A stretch of DNA of 64,000 nt from Oceanispirochaeta sp. (GTDB lineage Bacteria; Spirochaetota; Spirochaetia; DSM-2461): assembly GCA_963666275.2 (NCBI GenBank), contig CAXXOA010000001.1:896001-960000 (forward strand). Reading direction: 5' to 3'. Under the pieces are notes generated by a model that was given only the letters and a program-made list of their open reading frames with translations, had not been told where the DNA came from and searched no databases. This document shows positions 8,507 to 19,786 of this stretch, piece after piece (the stretch's first letter is position 1; each line of letters begins with the position of its first letter). The position numbers were made by a program, and so were the translations under genes.

Positions 8507-10027
8507 ATGAATAGAAAATTACCATTTTTACTGCTTATTACAGCATTTTCAGCCGTTCTGTTTTTAACAGGACAGGGGAGCACCGAAACAGCTCCTGCAT
8601 CTCAGACACAATCATCTGTATCGACACAGAATTCTTTCTCTTCAGAACCACTTGATCTGGAGGAACTGAATGAAACTGGTATTTACTCCCTGCAGAAAGC
8701 ATTTCAGCAGGTTGCCGCCAGTTCCCTGCCCTCTGTGGTGGAAATTAACGTTGTCGAAGTCGTGCAGCAGACCCTTTCTCCCTACAGAAATCCGTCAGAC
8801 CTGTTCGGACAGCTCTTTCCCTTTATGCAGCCCCAGACTCCCGATGAACCCAGGGAGCAGGAGTATAAAAAGCAGGGCCTCGGGTCAGGTGTTATTATCA
8901 GACGGGACGGCAATACCTATTATGCGGTTACCAATAACCATGTGGCGGGAGAGGCCGATGAGATTAATATCCGGCTGTATGACGGCCGAACCTTCGAGGG
9001 GAAACTGACGGGAAATGATCCCCGTACGGATCTGGCTCTTGTCGAGTTTGAAACAAGAGAGGACCTTCCTGTTATGGATATGGGCGACTCGGACTCTCTG
9101 ACTGTGGGCGATATTGTCTTTGCTGTGGGAAACCCCCTGGGTTTTGAATCCACAGTGACCCAGGGCATCATAAGCGCTCTGAAAAGGAAAGCCCAGGCGG
9201 GAAGCGATATCGCGGATTTTACCGATTACATTCAGACCGATGCGGCTATCAACCCGGGAAATTCCGGAGGTGCCCTTGTCAATCTGAGAGGGGAACTTAT
9301 TGGACTCAATACCTGGATAGCCTCCAACAGCGGCGGCAGTAACGGACTGGGTTTTGCCGTCCCTGTGAATACGGTAAAGCGGGCGGTTAATGATTTTATA
9401 GAACACGGAAAGATCCGTTACGGCTGGCTGGGTGTTTCGATTTCCGATATCAGCGAGAGGAACAGCGAGGACCTGCGGGATGACCTGGGGCTGGGGGACA
9501 GGCCGGGAAGTCTTGTTCTTCAGGTTTTTGAAGGATCTCCTGCAGATAAGTCCGGTGTTCTTCCCGGGGATTTTATCTACCAGGTGGAGGGCATGGACGT
9601 TACGGACAGCGATAACCTGACACAGATTGTGGGAATCCATGATCCTGATTCCACTCTGAACTTTAAAGTCATACGGCAGGGCCGGTCTCTCGATCTGGCA
9701 GTGAAGCTGGAAACCAGAGACGAGGAATCTGTGCAGGGCGCTACAGCGCTCTGGCCCGGACTGGTGGTTCAGCCGCTGAATAAAGAGATCAGAGATCAGC
9801 TTGATCTGAAAGCTCTGCAGAAAGGGCTTGTGATTACCAACGTTCTGCAAGGGGCGAAAGCCGCTGACGCCGGTCTGGCTCCGGGGGATATCATCACCGA
9901 AGTGAACGACAATGCGGTTTCAGATCTGAGGGATTTTTACAGAGCACTGAACTCCACTGAGGACGGACAGGTTCTGTTTACTGTTCTCAGAAACGGAAGG
10001 GAAATCCTCCTGGGTATGAAACGCTAG
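8507..10027 (+). CDS. htrA: HtrA/DegQ (Do) serine protease with two PDZ domains
   Basis: GSGVI, TNNHV, IQTDAAINPGNSGG, GWLGV; signal peptide. Confidence 0.93.
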   Translation: MNRKLPFLLLITAFSAVLFLTGQGSTETAPASQTQSSVSTQNSFSSEPLDLEELNETGIYSLQKAFQQVAASSLPSVVEINVVEVVQQTLSPYRNPSDLFGQLFPFMQPQTPDEPREQEYKKQGLGSGVIIRRDGNTYYAVTNNHVAGEADEINIRLYDGRTFEGKLTGNDPRTDLALVEFETREDLPVMDMGDSDSLTVGDIVFAVGNPLGFESTVTQGIISALKRKAQAGSDIADFTDYIQTDAAINPGNSGGALVNLRGELIGLNTWIASNSGGSNGLGFAVPVNTVKRAVNDFIEHGKIRYGWLGVSISDISERNSEDLRDDLGLGDRPGSLVLQVFEGSPADKSGVLPGDFIYQVEGMDVTDSDNLTQIVGIHDPDSTLNFKVIRQGRSLDLAVKLETRDEESVQGATALWPGLVVQPLNKEIRDQLDLKALQKGLVITNVLQGAKAADAGLAPGDIITEVNDNAVSDLRDFYRALNSTEDGQVLFTVLRNGREILLGMKR

Positions 10028-10044
10028 GGCATTTCCCTTCAGGG

Positions 10045-10073
10045 ACGGCAGGGCTGTTTACTGTCCCTGCCGT
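10045..10073 (+). terminator. Hairpin after htrA
   Basis: acggcaggg...ccctgccgt. Confidence 0.5.
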
Positions 10074-10256
10074 TCTGATCCTGCCATATTATGACATTTG
10101 AATCTTTGTCAGGTCCTACAGATTTCGGGTCCTGCCAACTTAATCCTCTTTTCATCCTGTAAATCGATAAAAAAAGATAAATATTACTGAAATAATCACT
10201 TTTGCATTTCTCCCTGTTTTAAATGATAATTTTATTTATGAAAATAAGGGGGTCCT

Positions 10257-12422
10257 ATGCAATTCAAATCATTAAAGACCAAAATTGTCATGATGGCAGG
10301 TATTTGTTTGATTTTTACAGTTGCCATTCTGCTGGGTAACCAGATTATTTCCCAGAGAAGCACTCAGGAAACTGTTAACAACCGTGTGGATGAGTTGATC
10401 GATAAGCAGACCAATGATGTGTTGCTTTTTACAGCTGAGAGCAAGGCGGAGTTTATCAATTCCAAACTGGAAGCAAACCTTCATATTGCCAGGACAATAG
10501 CAAACTCCTTTATCGCCATAAGAAGCGATGAGGATCAGTATAGAAATTCCAATTTGAGAAAAAATTTTATCGAGCTCCTCTATACGGTGCTTGAGAACAA
10601 TCCCACTTTTCTTGGGGCCTACAGCGCCTGGGAACCCAATGCTCTGGATGGGAAAGACGAACTCCACAAAAATGATGCCGATCGAAGTCATGATGAAACC
10701 GGCCGGTTTGTTCCCTATTGGAACAGAGACCTAAACGGGAACATCGCCCTGCAGGCACTGGTGGAATTCGAGGATGCCTCTCTTCATCCCAATGGCATTA
10801 AGAAAGGCGGCTGGTACCTGAATCCGAGAGAGACAGGACGGGAAAATATCCTTGATCCCTTTCCCTACATCATTCAGGGGAATACCGAATGGCTGACAAC
10901 CATGTCTATCCCCATTGTGATAGACGGCAAATTCATGGGTGTAGGGGGAACAGACCTGAGGATCGATTTTATTCAGCAGTTGAGTGAGGAAGTCGCCTCC
11001 GGTTTGTACGACGGACAGGCTACGGTTGAAGTTATCAGTTACCTGGGCATTGTTGTTGCCAACAGCACAGATCCCGATGCCATCGGTAAACCCCTAAAGG
11101 ATGTCTCCTCCGATGACTGGCGTGAGACCGTAGATATGATTCAGGCAAGCGAAACATATGTCGATATGGGCAATGATACAGGGATTGTGAAAGTCCAGGC
11201 ACCCATCCGTCTGGGTAGGACAGGAACACCCTGGTCCATAATTATCAAAGTCGACAGGGATATTGTTTTTTCAGAAGCCATTCAGCTCTCTGCTGACATG
11301 CAGTCTGATTCCAACAGAACCATTGTCTCTGGAATCATTGTGGGACTGGTTATATTCTTTATAGCCTCAGCCCTGTTGTGGATTCTGGCTTCCCGTATAG
11401 TTCTTCCCATACAGAAAGCCCTTGCCTTTACAGAAAAAGTCTCCCAGGGAGATCTGACCAGCGAAATAGAGATCAATCAAAAAGATGAAATCGGCACACT
11501 GGTTAATGCACTGAAAGAGATGCAGCAGAAACTGAGAGAGTCGATCATCACCATTATGCACTCTTCCGATCAGGTACTGAAGGGTAGTAATGATATCGCT
11601 CTCAGTTCTGCGGCCATTTCCTCCGGAACAAATGAACAGGCCTCTAATATGGAAGAAGTCTCAGCCTCAATGGAGGAATTGACATCCAATATTCAGCAGA
11701 ATACAAATAATTCCCAGCAGTCCAATGTGATGGCCCAGAAAGTGACGGAAGACTCCGTAAAAGGCGGGACAGCTGTGGATGAAACCGTTGAAGCCATGAA
11801 AAATATTGCTGAAAAAATCACAGTCATAGAGGAAATCGCCCGGAATACCAATCTTCTGGCATTGAACGCCGCCATAGAAGCCGCAAGGGCCGGTGACGCA
11901 GGAAAAGGTTTTGCTGTGGTTGCCTCGGAAGTCAGGAAACTGGCCGAATCCAGCGGAGCCGCAGCGAAAGAAATCACCGAGATTACACGGACCAGTGTTT
12001 CCAGAGCCATCGAAGCGAAAGACCTGATTGATCAGATAGTGCCTGCAATGAAAAAAACAGCCGATCTGGTAGAAGAGATCACCATGGCCAGCCAGGAACA
12101 GAATAAAGGATCTGAACAGATTAACAGTGCCCTTGTACAATTGGATTCGGTAGTACAGCAAAATGCCTCAGCTTCCTCAGAGATGGCGACTATGTCGGAA
12201 AAAATGAAATCAGAAGCGGAAGCCATGAAAAAAGCAGTCACCTATTTCAGGATAGGAAAGGATACCGGCAGGAATCTTCAGATAGAGAATAAGAGTCATA
12301 CCGTTAAAAAAACTCCCATTGTCCGCAAGAATGAGAGTGTGATGAGAGAGTTGCCCGAACCGGAAATGGTAAATGAAGACACAAGCTCATACAGGGAAGA
12401 CTCTGATTTTGAGGAATTTTAA
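10257..12422 (+). CDS. Methyl-accepting chemotaxis protein, dCache sensor + HAMP
   Basis: Two TM helices; [15 protein letters not shown] Cache region; [37 protein letters not shown]-terminal DFEEF pentapeptide-like tail. Confidence 0.93.
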   Translation: MQFKSLKTKIVMMAGICLIFTVAILLGNQIISQRSTQETVNNRVDELIDKQTNDVLLFTAESKAEFINSKLEANLHIARTIANSFIAIRSDEDQYRNSNLRKNFIELLYTVLENNPTFLGAYSAWEPNALDGKDELHKNDADRSHDETGRFVPYWNRDLNGNIALQALVEFEDASLHPNGIKKGGWYLNPRETGRENILDPFPYIIQGNTEWLTTMSIPIVIDGKFMGVGGTDLRIDFIQQLSEEVASGLYDGQATVEVISYLGIVVANSTDPDAIGKPLKDVSSDDWRETVDMIQASETYVDMGNDTGIVKVQAPIRLGRTGTPWSIIIKVDRDIVFSEAIQLSADMQSDSNRTIVSGIIVGLVIFFIASALLWILASRIVLPIQKALAFTEKVSQGDLTSEIEINQKDEIGTLVNALKEMQQKLRESIITIMHSSDQVLKGSNDIALSSAAISSGTNEQASNMEEVSASMEELTSNIQQNTNNSQQSNVMAQKVTEDSVKGGTAVDETVEAMKNIAEKITVIEEIARNTNLLALNAAIEAARAGDAGKGFAVVASEVRKLAESSGAAAKEITEITRTSVSRAIEAKDLIDQIVPAMKKTADLVEEITMASQEQNKGSEQINSALVQLDSVVQQNASASSEMATMSEKMKSEAEAMKKAVTYFRIGKDTGRNLQIENKSHTVKKTPIVRKNESVMRELPEPEMVNEDTSSYREDSDFEEF

Positions 12423-12440
12423 AAAAGGGTTTACCGTAAA

Positions 12441-13604
12441 ATGATCAATCCTCTGGAATTAAGGAAATTCGTCGCCCCCGAAGTCATATCAGGAAAAGGG
12501 AGTCTTGAACTGGTAGGTCAATATGCCAATATGTTCGGGGGGGCTCATATCTTTCTTGTAACGGATCGAAATATTCAGAAATGCGATTGGTTTAGAAAAA
12601 TTCTTCTATCCTTTGAACAGAACGGGATTCGGGTTTCACTTTTTGATGATGTATCGGAGAATCCCAGAGATTTTCAAATAATGGAGGGCGCATCGGAATA
12701 TAGGGATAACAGCTGTGACATTATCGTTGCTGTCGGCGGAGGGAGCGTCATCGACGCTGCCAAGGGAATTGGAATTGTGGCAACCAACCATGGTCATATC
12801 AATTCTTTTGAAGGGGTGGATCAAATAGAGAATCCCATTCCTCCCCTCATCTGTATTCCTACTACCTGCGGCAGCTCTGCTGATGTCAGCCAGTTCTCCA
12901 TAATTAATAATACAGGGGAACAAAGGAAAATAGCCATCATTTCAAAGGCTTTGGTTCCGGATATTTCCCTTGTTGACCCCGTCCCTCTTTTAACCCTCAA
13001 TAAGGAAGTCCTCGTGTCTGTATCCCTGGATACTCTGACTCATGGGATTGAGGCTTTTGTTTCTACGGCCAGTTCAATCTTGACAGACCGTCATGCGGTG
13101 GGAGCCATTGAGCTGATAGCGCAAAACCTGATACCCGCCCTTTCGGATGTATCCAATCTGGAGCTTTTAACAAATCTCATGTATGCCTCGCTTGAAGCGG
13201 GGTTGGCTTTTTCCAACGCCAGCCTGGGACTTGTACATGCTATGGCCCATGTTTTAGGAGGCTTCAAGGATTTTCCTCATGGCGTCTGTAACGGCCTGCT
13301 GCTGAAAAGTATCTGTGAATACAATTACGACTCCTGTCCGGATAAATTTGACCGTATCACAAGCGTATTGGCCACGGCCCGGGGCGTAAAAGCGCAACCA
13401 GGTCTTGATAGTCTGAACCGGGAGCTGGGAGCAATCATAGAGAAAACCGGAATAACCGGGAATCTGAGTCAATTCCATTTAACAAAATCTGAGTGCCGTA
13501 AACTGGCCGGGTTTTCTCTACAGGATGTCTGTAATGCCACAAACCCCAAAATGCCAACATTAGAAGATATTGTAGAACTGTATGAAAGAACATTTTATAG
13601 ATGA
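12441..13604 (+). CDS. Iron-containing alcohol dehydrogenase, ErcA-like
   Basis: ELRKFVAPE N-terminus, GGGSVIDAAKG, DTLTH, HAMAH, PHG metal ligands. Confidence 0.85.
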   Translation: MINPLELRKFVAPEVISGKGSLELVGQYANMFGGAHIFLVTDRNIQKCDWFRKILLSFEQNGIRVSLFDDVSENPRDFQIMEGASEYRDNSCDIIVAVGGGSVIDAAKGIGIVATNHGHINSFEGVDQIENPIPPLICIPTTCGSSADVSQFSIINNTGEQRKIAIISKALVPDISLVDPVPLLTLNKEVLVSVSLDTLTHGIEAFVSTASSILTDRHAVGAIELIAQNLIPALSDVSNLELLTNLMYASLEAGLAFSNASLGLVHAMAHVLGGFKDFPHGVCNGLLLKSICEYNYDSCPDKFDRITSVLATARGVKAQPGLDSLNRELGAIIEKTGITGNLSQFHLTKSECRKLAGFSLQDVCNATNPKMPTLEDIVELYERTFYR

Positions 13605-15189
13605 TGAACACAGAAATGAAATCCGTAAAAGGGTCATTGGATTAGGCGATAAGAGTTTTCATAAAAACTACTATAGTACTCTTAAGCATTCCGTTGCAGA
13701 ATTGGAACTGTTCCGATCGGTTCTGGAAGAAATTTCAGATATTATCCTCATCATAGATGAAAATGAGAGCATCATTGATCTGAATCAATCCGCTATCGAT
13801 TTTCTGGATAGTCAATACAGTCAGATTAAAGGAAAATCCATTGCCTCATTTGAGAAACTGCCATACAGGCGCTTGAACAGCAGCTCCGGAAAGTCCATTC
13901 AGATAGAGGACCCGGGAGTATATAAAGAGAAGAAGCACTTTTTGTTCTCCATAAAAAAGGTCATAATTTCCGGGGCAAATTATAATGTAATCATTGGAAA
14001 GGACATCACCCTTTTAATCCAGTCTCAGGAAGAACAGGAACGTGCGATGGAACAGCTTCATCAGATTCAGAAAATTGAATCAGTCGGACAGTTAGCCGGG
14101 GGGATCGCCCATGACTTTAACAATATCCTGACCAGTATAATAGGCGCCGCCTCCCTTTTGAAGCTGAACGAAAACGACACGGCTTCCCTGAATCATAAAT
14201 ATATTGAGATGATTCTGGAATCTTCCAGTAATGCCGCTGATCTTATTTCAAAACTTATGTCTATAAGCCGTCGGGGTGCTTCAAAATATGAGTTTTCCCT
14301 CAGTGCATTGATCCGGGAAACCCTGGACATCCTGGAGCATACGATCGATAAAAAAATCCGTCTGGTTTTTGATGACTTATCGACAACTCCTGATATTGTG
14401 GGTGACAGATCGCGTTTTCACAGTATACTGCTCAATCTGGGCGTTAATGCCAGTCATGCCATTCATGAATCAGGTGAGATCCGTTTTGAGCTGACCAATG
14501 TACATCTGCGAAAGGAGTACTGTACAAAAAGCCCGTTTCCTATCCAGCAGGGGGAGTATCTGAAACTGATTGTTCAGGACACGGGAAAAGGTATCCCTGA
14601 GGAAATCCTGCCCAGGATCTTTGATATTTTTTTTACCACAAAAGAGGCGGGGAAAGGAACTGGACTGGGTCTGTCATCGGTAATGAAAACTGTCCGGGAT
14701 CATGAGGGGGAGATCCGTGTAGACAGTAAAGTGGGAGAAGGCACCACATTTACCATTCTTATTCCGGCAGCTAAGGCTCACAGGGACAGGAATTTTTTAG
14801 ATTTAAGATTGGAGTCCGGTACAGAAACGATACTTTTAGTTGATGATGAAGATTTCAACAGAGATCTGGGATATGAAATACTCCATTCCCTGGGGTATAC
14901 AGTCCTTCTTGCAACTAACGGTCTTGAAGCGGTAAATGCCTTTGCGAAGGCTCAGGATGAAGTAGAACTTGTAATCCTGGACATGAATATGCCTGTTATG
15001 GACGGCAGTGAGGCATATAAAAAGTTGAAAAAACTAAACCCGGCAGTAAAAATCCTTATAGCCACCGGATTTGTTGATAATGAAAAACTTCAGTTATTAA
15101 GTGAAGATGGAATGGCTGATATCATTGTAAAACCCTATAAAATCGAGGAGATCAGCACAAAAGTACGAGAACTTCTTGATAATTCCTGA
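13582..15189 (+). CDS. Cytoplasmic hybrid histidine kinase (PAS-HisKA-HATPase-REC), ErcS-like N-terminus
   Basis: [39 protein letters not shown]; overlaps ADH stop by 23 nt. Confidence 0.88.
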   Translation: MKEHFIDDEHRNEIRKRVIGLGDKSFHKNYYSTLKHSVAELELFRSVLEEISDIILIIDENESIIDLNQSAIDFLDSQYSQIKGKSIASFEKLPYRRLNSSSGKSIQIEDPGVYKEKKHFLFSIKKVIISGANYNVIIGKDITLLIQSQEEQERAMEQLHQIQKIESVGQLAGGIAHDFNNILTSIIGAASLLKLNENDTASLNHKYIEMILESSSNAADLISKLMSISRRGASKYEFSLSALIRETLDILEHTIDKKIRLVFDDLSTTPDIVGDRSRFHSILLNLGVNASHAIHESGEIRFELTNVHLRKEYCTKSPFPIQQGEYLKLIVQDTGKGIPEEILPRIFDIFFTTKEAGKGTGLGLSSVMKTVRDHEGEIRVDSKVGEGTTFTILIPAAKAHRDRNFLDLRLESGTETILLVDDEDFNRDLGYEILHSLGYTVLLATNGLEAVNAFAKAQDEVELVILDMNMPVMDGSEAYKKLKKLNPAVKILIATGFVDNEKLQLLSEDGMADIIVKPYKIEEISTKVRELLDNS

Positions 15190-15203
15190 TAATGAAATCT
15201 ATC

Positions 15204-16937
15204 TCAGTTCGGAGGAGCCGATATCCTGTCTCTGCCATTTTTTTTCGCCTGATATAGATAAGAATCAGCCCTTTCTATCAGGTCTTCCAGGGATTCTCCT
15301 TTTTCCCTGATAGCCAGGCCACCGCTGATGGTTTGTTTTTGATTTCCCATCTCCCGGGAAAAATCGATATCGCGGATTCCTGTTGCCATCCTGTCGGTTA
15401 GCCCCCTTAAATCACAGTTCTCTTCGAGGATCAGGAAAATAGCAAACTCTTCGCCGCCTATTCTTACGGCAATATCACCGGTTCTGAGTTTCTGAAGAAT
15501 GGATTCGGCGGTTTTTTTCAATACCTGATCCCCAACAGGATGACCGTAGGTATCGTTGACTTTTTTAAAGTGATCCAGGTCGAGCATTAAAAGAGCCAGG
15601 CCATTGAAAACCCCTCTGTCATGATGGGAGAGGAGCCGGGGGATCGTTTCATTCATAAAGGTTCTGTTGTAGAGACCAGTCAGATTGTCTTTGATGGACA
15701 TTTCATAAAACGTCTGTTTTTCCGCATCCAGCTGCTGCTGTATCAGCTCTCGTTCAATGGCTATACTCAGAGGGAAGGTCACTTGATCCAGAACAGATCT
15801 GGTTTCTTCATCCAGTTCGACGCTTTCTTCCAGTTTCAAAAGAGCGCAGCAGGAGAAATCTCCCGACTCAGGATTGGTCAGGGGAAGAACAATGGTATTA
15901 TCAAAAATCCGGTATTTTCCGGAACACATTTTATCGCTGGCAACCATCTCTTCTTCCCATTTTTTTTCCGGTTGAAAGAGGGTTCCTCTATAGCGGTTCT
16001 TCTGTTCCAGAATCCTCCAGGGTGCATTTTCCCTATGCACCAGAAAACGGAGTTCACTGGCAGGAATAATTTCCCTGATATGCTCAAGAAGGTGTACCGC
16101 AATAGTATCAAAATATTTATATATGACCAGGGTTTCCATGAAATTGTTCATAAACCGGTTCAGCTGGGACAGTTTTTTCACTTCAGAACTTGTCTGTGTC
16201 AGGAGATAGATGCCGCAGTCCATATCTTTCATCTGATCCAGAATAAAGGGAATCAGATCCTTCCGAATGATTGAACCATGCTGGGGGAGAATTCTTTCCA
16301 GAGACAGGGTTTCAAATTTTCTGATCGTTGTAGCCAGTATCTCCCTGGAAGGCATATAGTGTTCATGAAAGAGTCTGATGGATTCGAGATAGGATCTATC
16401 CTCAGCGAACAGAGAAAAACCTTCTGTAAATCCACCCATCAGGTCGCTGGAAAAAAGAGACTGTGATAGCGGATCGTAGGTACAGAAGGCTCCCGGGAAG
16501 TGAAGATAGGGGGTGAAGATAAAATCCAGTTCTCTCTCCCCGGCTTTCAGCTTCCAGTTAAGCTCCTCCACGCACTTCAGGGGCATCTTCAGATCCAGAT
16601 GCTTCAGCAGGGCAATTGCTCTCCAGTGGCTGAGAATCACCGCATCATCCCTGCAGTTCAGCTGGTCAATGATCTCCAGGGCACCTGTTATATCAGGGTC
16701 CTGATGATGGACAACAAAATAGCGAATATGTGAAAAGGGAAGGATCTCTTCTATTTTCGAGAAACTCTGTCTGAATGTCAGCCTGGACCCCGGATCAAAG
16801 AGAATGGAATCTCTTCCATTTTCTATCAGGTATGTGTGGCATTGAAAGGGATCCCCTTCTATATAGTGACCAACCCACCAAATCCGGTCGGCCAGTTTAC
16901 AGGGCTTGGAATAGTCCACAGGTTCAGTAATTTTCAT
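15204..16937 (-). CDS. Diguanylate cyclase with N-terminal MBL-fold di-iron (ODP-like) sensor
   Basis: HHQDPD, HFPG, FSSD, PQHG; C-terminal RTGD I-site and GGEEF. Confidence 0.88.
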   Translation of the reverse strand: MKITEPVDYSKPCKLADRIWWVGHYIEGDPFQCHTYLIENGRDSILFDPGSRLTFRQSFSKIEEILPFSHIRYFVVHHQDPDITGALEIIDQLNCRDDAVILSHWRAIALLKHLDLKMPLKCVEELNWKLKAGERELDFIFTPYLHFPGAFCTYDPLSQSLFSSDLMGGFTEGFSLFAEDRSYLESIRLFHEHYMPSREILATTIRKFETLSLERILPQHGSIIRKDLIPFILDQMKDMDCGIYLLTQTSSEVKKLSQLNRFMNNFMETLVIYKYFDTIAVHLLEHIREIIPASELRFLVHRENAPWRILEQKNRYRGTLFQPEKKWEEEMVASDKMCSGKYRIFDNTIVLPLTNPESGDFSCCALLKLEESVELDEETRSVLDQVTFPLSIAIERELIQQQLDAEKQTFYEMSIKDNLTGLYNRTFMNETIPRLLSHHDRGVFNGLALLMLDLDHFKKVNDTYGHPVGDQVLKKTAESILQKLRTGDIAVRIGGEEFAIFLILEENCDLRGLTDRMATGIRDIDFSREMGNQKQTISGGLAIREKGESLEDLIERADSYLYQAKKNGRDRISAPPN

Positions 16938-17079
16938 ATAGATTACTATAATACATTACCGGCCCGACTGCCTTAAAATTGAAGAAGTCCTTCACGAGAA
17001 CTTCAGATTCAGTTATGGAAAGAAGCTCTAATCTATATTATAAAAAAAGAAGGAATACATTTGTCTATTTAGGAGCCCT

Positions 17080-19785
17080 ATGCATTTTTCTCCCTTTGAC
17101 GCTGTCAGATACACCTATAAAATCGTTCTGAAAAGATTTGTTCTCTTTGCCCTTCCTGTTCTTATGCTTTGTGGTCTGGGGCTGAGTCTTGTCTACAGAA
17201 ATCAGTATAATGCCATAATATTCGATATAGAAAAGGAGCAGGAGAGCATTGTCCGTCTCAGTAATCTTCAGCTTCGCTCCCTGATTGACGGGATCTACGA
17301 TGATCTCAATATTGTGCGCAATTCAGATGAGTTTTCTGTATTCCTGGAATCACCCGGTTCGGGAACACGGGAGGAAATCAATGGTATGTTTACCCGTTTC
17401 CTCAGAAGTAAGCCTTCCTATACCAAATTGCTCTACCTCAGTACTGAAGGAGGGGAAATCCTCAGAGTTCACAGAGCCGGTGAAAGTATCGTTACTGTAG
17501 ATGAGGAGTCTCTTCAGAGAGAAAACCATCAGTACTATATAGAGAGCCTCAGGAGCGTAGAACCCGGAGAGCTCTATGTTTCCGATCTGGACCTGAACTA
17601 TGAGAATGATCGTCCGGTCCGTCCCTATGAAATAACAGTCCGTTTTGCCATACCCGTTGTATATCAGGATGAGCGCAAAGGGTCTCTTATGGTGAATTTC
17701 AACGGTCAGAAACTTCTGGAAATTCTGACGGAATTCGAGAAAACCAACCGGGACAGGATCACTATGGGGCTTCTCAGCAGGCAGGGATTGATCAGTTTCT
17801 CTCTCCTTGAGGACAGAGAATCCCTGGGAGATGCCGTCCTCCGTGGGAAAAGTGACTCTTCGGCGGAGCTTTTTGAGCAATTTGAACAATCAGATACAGG
17901 GCATCTGGAATGGGAGGGCGTCAATTATTTCTTCAAAACCATCGAAACCGGGATCAAATTTCCTGCCCGGTTCGATAAACTGAGTGGAAACTGGTATCTG
18001 GTCAGCTCCTACAGACAGGGACTGATCCGCACCGAATCCGAGAACTTTCTGGTCCGGAACCGCTGGGTGAATCCTGTGATTCTTGCAGTACTGGGAGTTC
18101 TGCTTCTGTTGTTCATCTTTTTCTATTCCATCAGAGAATCCGAGCATTTTTATCTTGTCGCCACAGGGTATATTTCAGATTTTTCCCATGACGGGATCAT
18201 TATTACCGATGCCAATATGAATCTTATCTACTGCAACAGGGTTTTTGAAAAGACCTTCGGGTTTACTTTTGATCAGATCAGGGGCAAAAAACCACAAAAT
18301 TTCCTGAGGGGTGAGTCACAGATAAAACTCTCTGAGAAAAGCTCCGGAACCAGTATATGGGAAGGCAATGTATGGGATATGACATCCGAGGATGTGCATA
18401 TTCAGAAATTCCTCCGGGTTAAAACGGTGACCTCACCTCAGAAAGGGATCATCTTTTACATCGGGATCTATTCCGAGCCCAAAACTATTCTCAACAGCAC
18501 AGACCTGGACGAGAATCCAGGCTCTTTTATCAATGTGAATAATGATTCTCTCTCCTGTGTCTGTCCGGACTTTGATTTCATAAGCAGAAAAGATGATTCA
18601 GGGGTGGTGATCATTCTCCGCATTGTCAATGTGGGGGAAATCATCTCCTATCTCTGCGAGGAGGATGAATCCTCCTTTGTGCACCGTTTTTCGACTCTCC
18701 TCGGCACTGTCCTTTCCGGCAGGGGCCATGTAGTGGCTCCCATGGCGGGGCTTTTTGTTCTCACCGACTATATGGAGAATCCTTCCGATATTGATTCTCT
18801 TATGCTGCGGATCGAAAACTGCATCTCATCATTTCATTTCCTTCAGTCTGAACCGCCCCTGATCGAGTATGTCTCAGGAATTTCCTTTTCTCCCGATCAT
18901 GGCCGGGACGGGCATGAACTGATCAATAATGCCTTTGTCGCCCTGGAAGCTCTCACCCGTATGAAGAGTGTCAAATATCTGATTTTCAACCGGAATATAT
19001 TTGAAGAGGTCAAACAGGTCAGAATGATCCGGAACGAAGTGGACCAGGCCTTTGCCGGGGATGAGTTCCATGTGGTCTATCAGATGCAGAATGATGTGCA
19101 TACAAAAGAGCCTGTGGGGATGGAAGCTCTTGTCCGCTGGAACAGCGCCAGACTCGGACCGGTTTCCCCGGGGCTATTTGTTCCTGTGATGGAGGAGAAT
19201 CCGCAGATGATAAAGAGACTGGGAAGGCATATTCTTCAGAAAGTCCTGGATGAGTGCCGCCTGATTCTCCCTTCTGCACCAAAGGACTTTAAAATCTCCG
19301 TAAACCTTTCCTCCCAGGAGTTCAACGACTCTCAGCTTGTTGCCGAACTGGTACAGATGGTCAACGACAGTTCTGTCCCGGCAGGAAGCCTCTGTTTTGA
19401 GATTACTGAAACGATCCTTTCGGAAAATCTGAAGCATACAGGCGCCACTATAGAGTTCCTTCATAGAAACGGACTGACCGTGGCAATCGATGATTTCGGG
19501 ACGGGATACTCTTCTCTGAGCTATCTCAAGCACCTGCAGTCGGATAAGCTTAAAATAGACCGGGCCTTTATTATGGATTACCCGGAGAGGGATGACGGAT
19601 CCATACTGAAAGCCATATCCGACCTGGCTCATCAGATGGGGGTTCGGGTCATTGTCGAAGGGGTTGAAACTCCCGAGCAGCTTGCATATGTGAGGACATT
19701 ACACTGTGAGGAGTTCCAGGGGTTTCTGGAAGCCAGGCCGGTGGGGATTGATCAGATCCTCACCACTCTGGAAGCTGACCGCTGA
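17080..19785 (+). CDS. Membrane c-di-GMP phosphodiesterase (Cache-PAS-degenerate GGDEF-EAL)
   Basis: Two TMs, EALVRW, SVNLS, DDFGTGYSSLSYL, KIDRAF, VEGVET. Confidence 0.88.
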   Translation: MHFSPFDAVRYTYKIVLKRFVLFALPVLMLCGLGLSLVYRNQYNAIIFDIEKEQESIVRLSNLQLRSLIDGIYDDLNIVRNSDEFSVFLESPGSGTREEINGMFTRFLRSKPSYTKLLYLSTEGGEILRVHRAGESIVTVDEESLQRENHQYYIESLRSVEPGELYVSDLDLNYENDRPVRPYEITVRFAIPVVYQDERKGSLMVNFNGQKLLEILTEFEKTNRDRITMGLLSRQGLISFSLLEDRESLGDAVLRGKSDSSAELFEQFEQSDTGHLEWEGVNYFFKTIETGIKFPARFDKLSGNWYLVSSYRQGLIRTESENFLVRNRWVNPVILAVLGVLLLLFIFFYSIRESEHFYLVATGYISDFSHDGIIITDANMNLIYCNRVFEKTFGFTFDQIRGKKPQNFLRGESQIKLSEKSSGTSIWEGNVWDMTSEDVHIQKFLRVKTVTSPQKGIIFYIGIYSEPKTILNSTDLDENPGSFINVNNDSLSCVCPDFDFISRKDDSGVVIILRIVNVGEIISYLCEEDESSFVHRFSTLLGTVLSGRGHVVAPMAGLFVLTDYMENPSDIDSLMLRIENCISSFHFLQSEPPLIEYVSGISFSPDHGRDGHELINNAFVALEALTRMKSVKYLIFNRNIFEEVKQVRMIRNEVDQAFAGDEFHVVYQMQNDVHTKEPVGMEALVRWNSARLGPVSPGLFVPVMEENPQMIKRLGRHILQKVLDECRLILPSAPKDFKISVNLSSQEFNDSQLVAELVQMVNDSSVPAGSLCFEITETILSENLKHTGATIEFLHRNGLTVAIDDFGTGYSSLSYLKHLQSDKLKIDRAFIMDYPERDDGSILKAISDLAHQMGVRVIVEGVETPEQLAYVRTLHCEEFQGFLEARPVGIDQILTTLEADR

Positions 19786-19786
19786 T

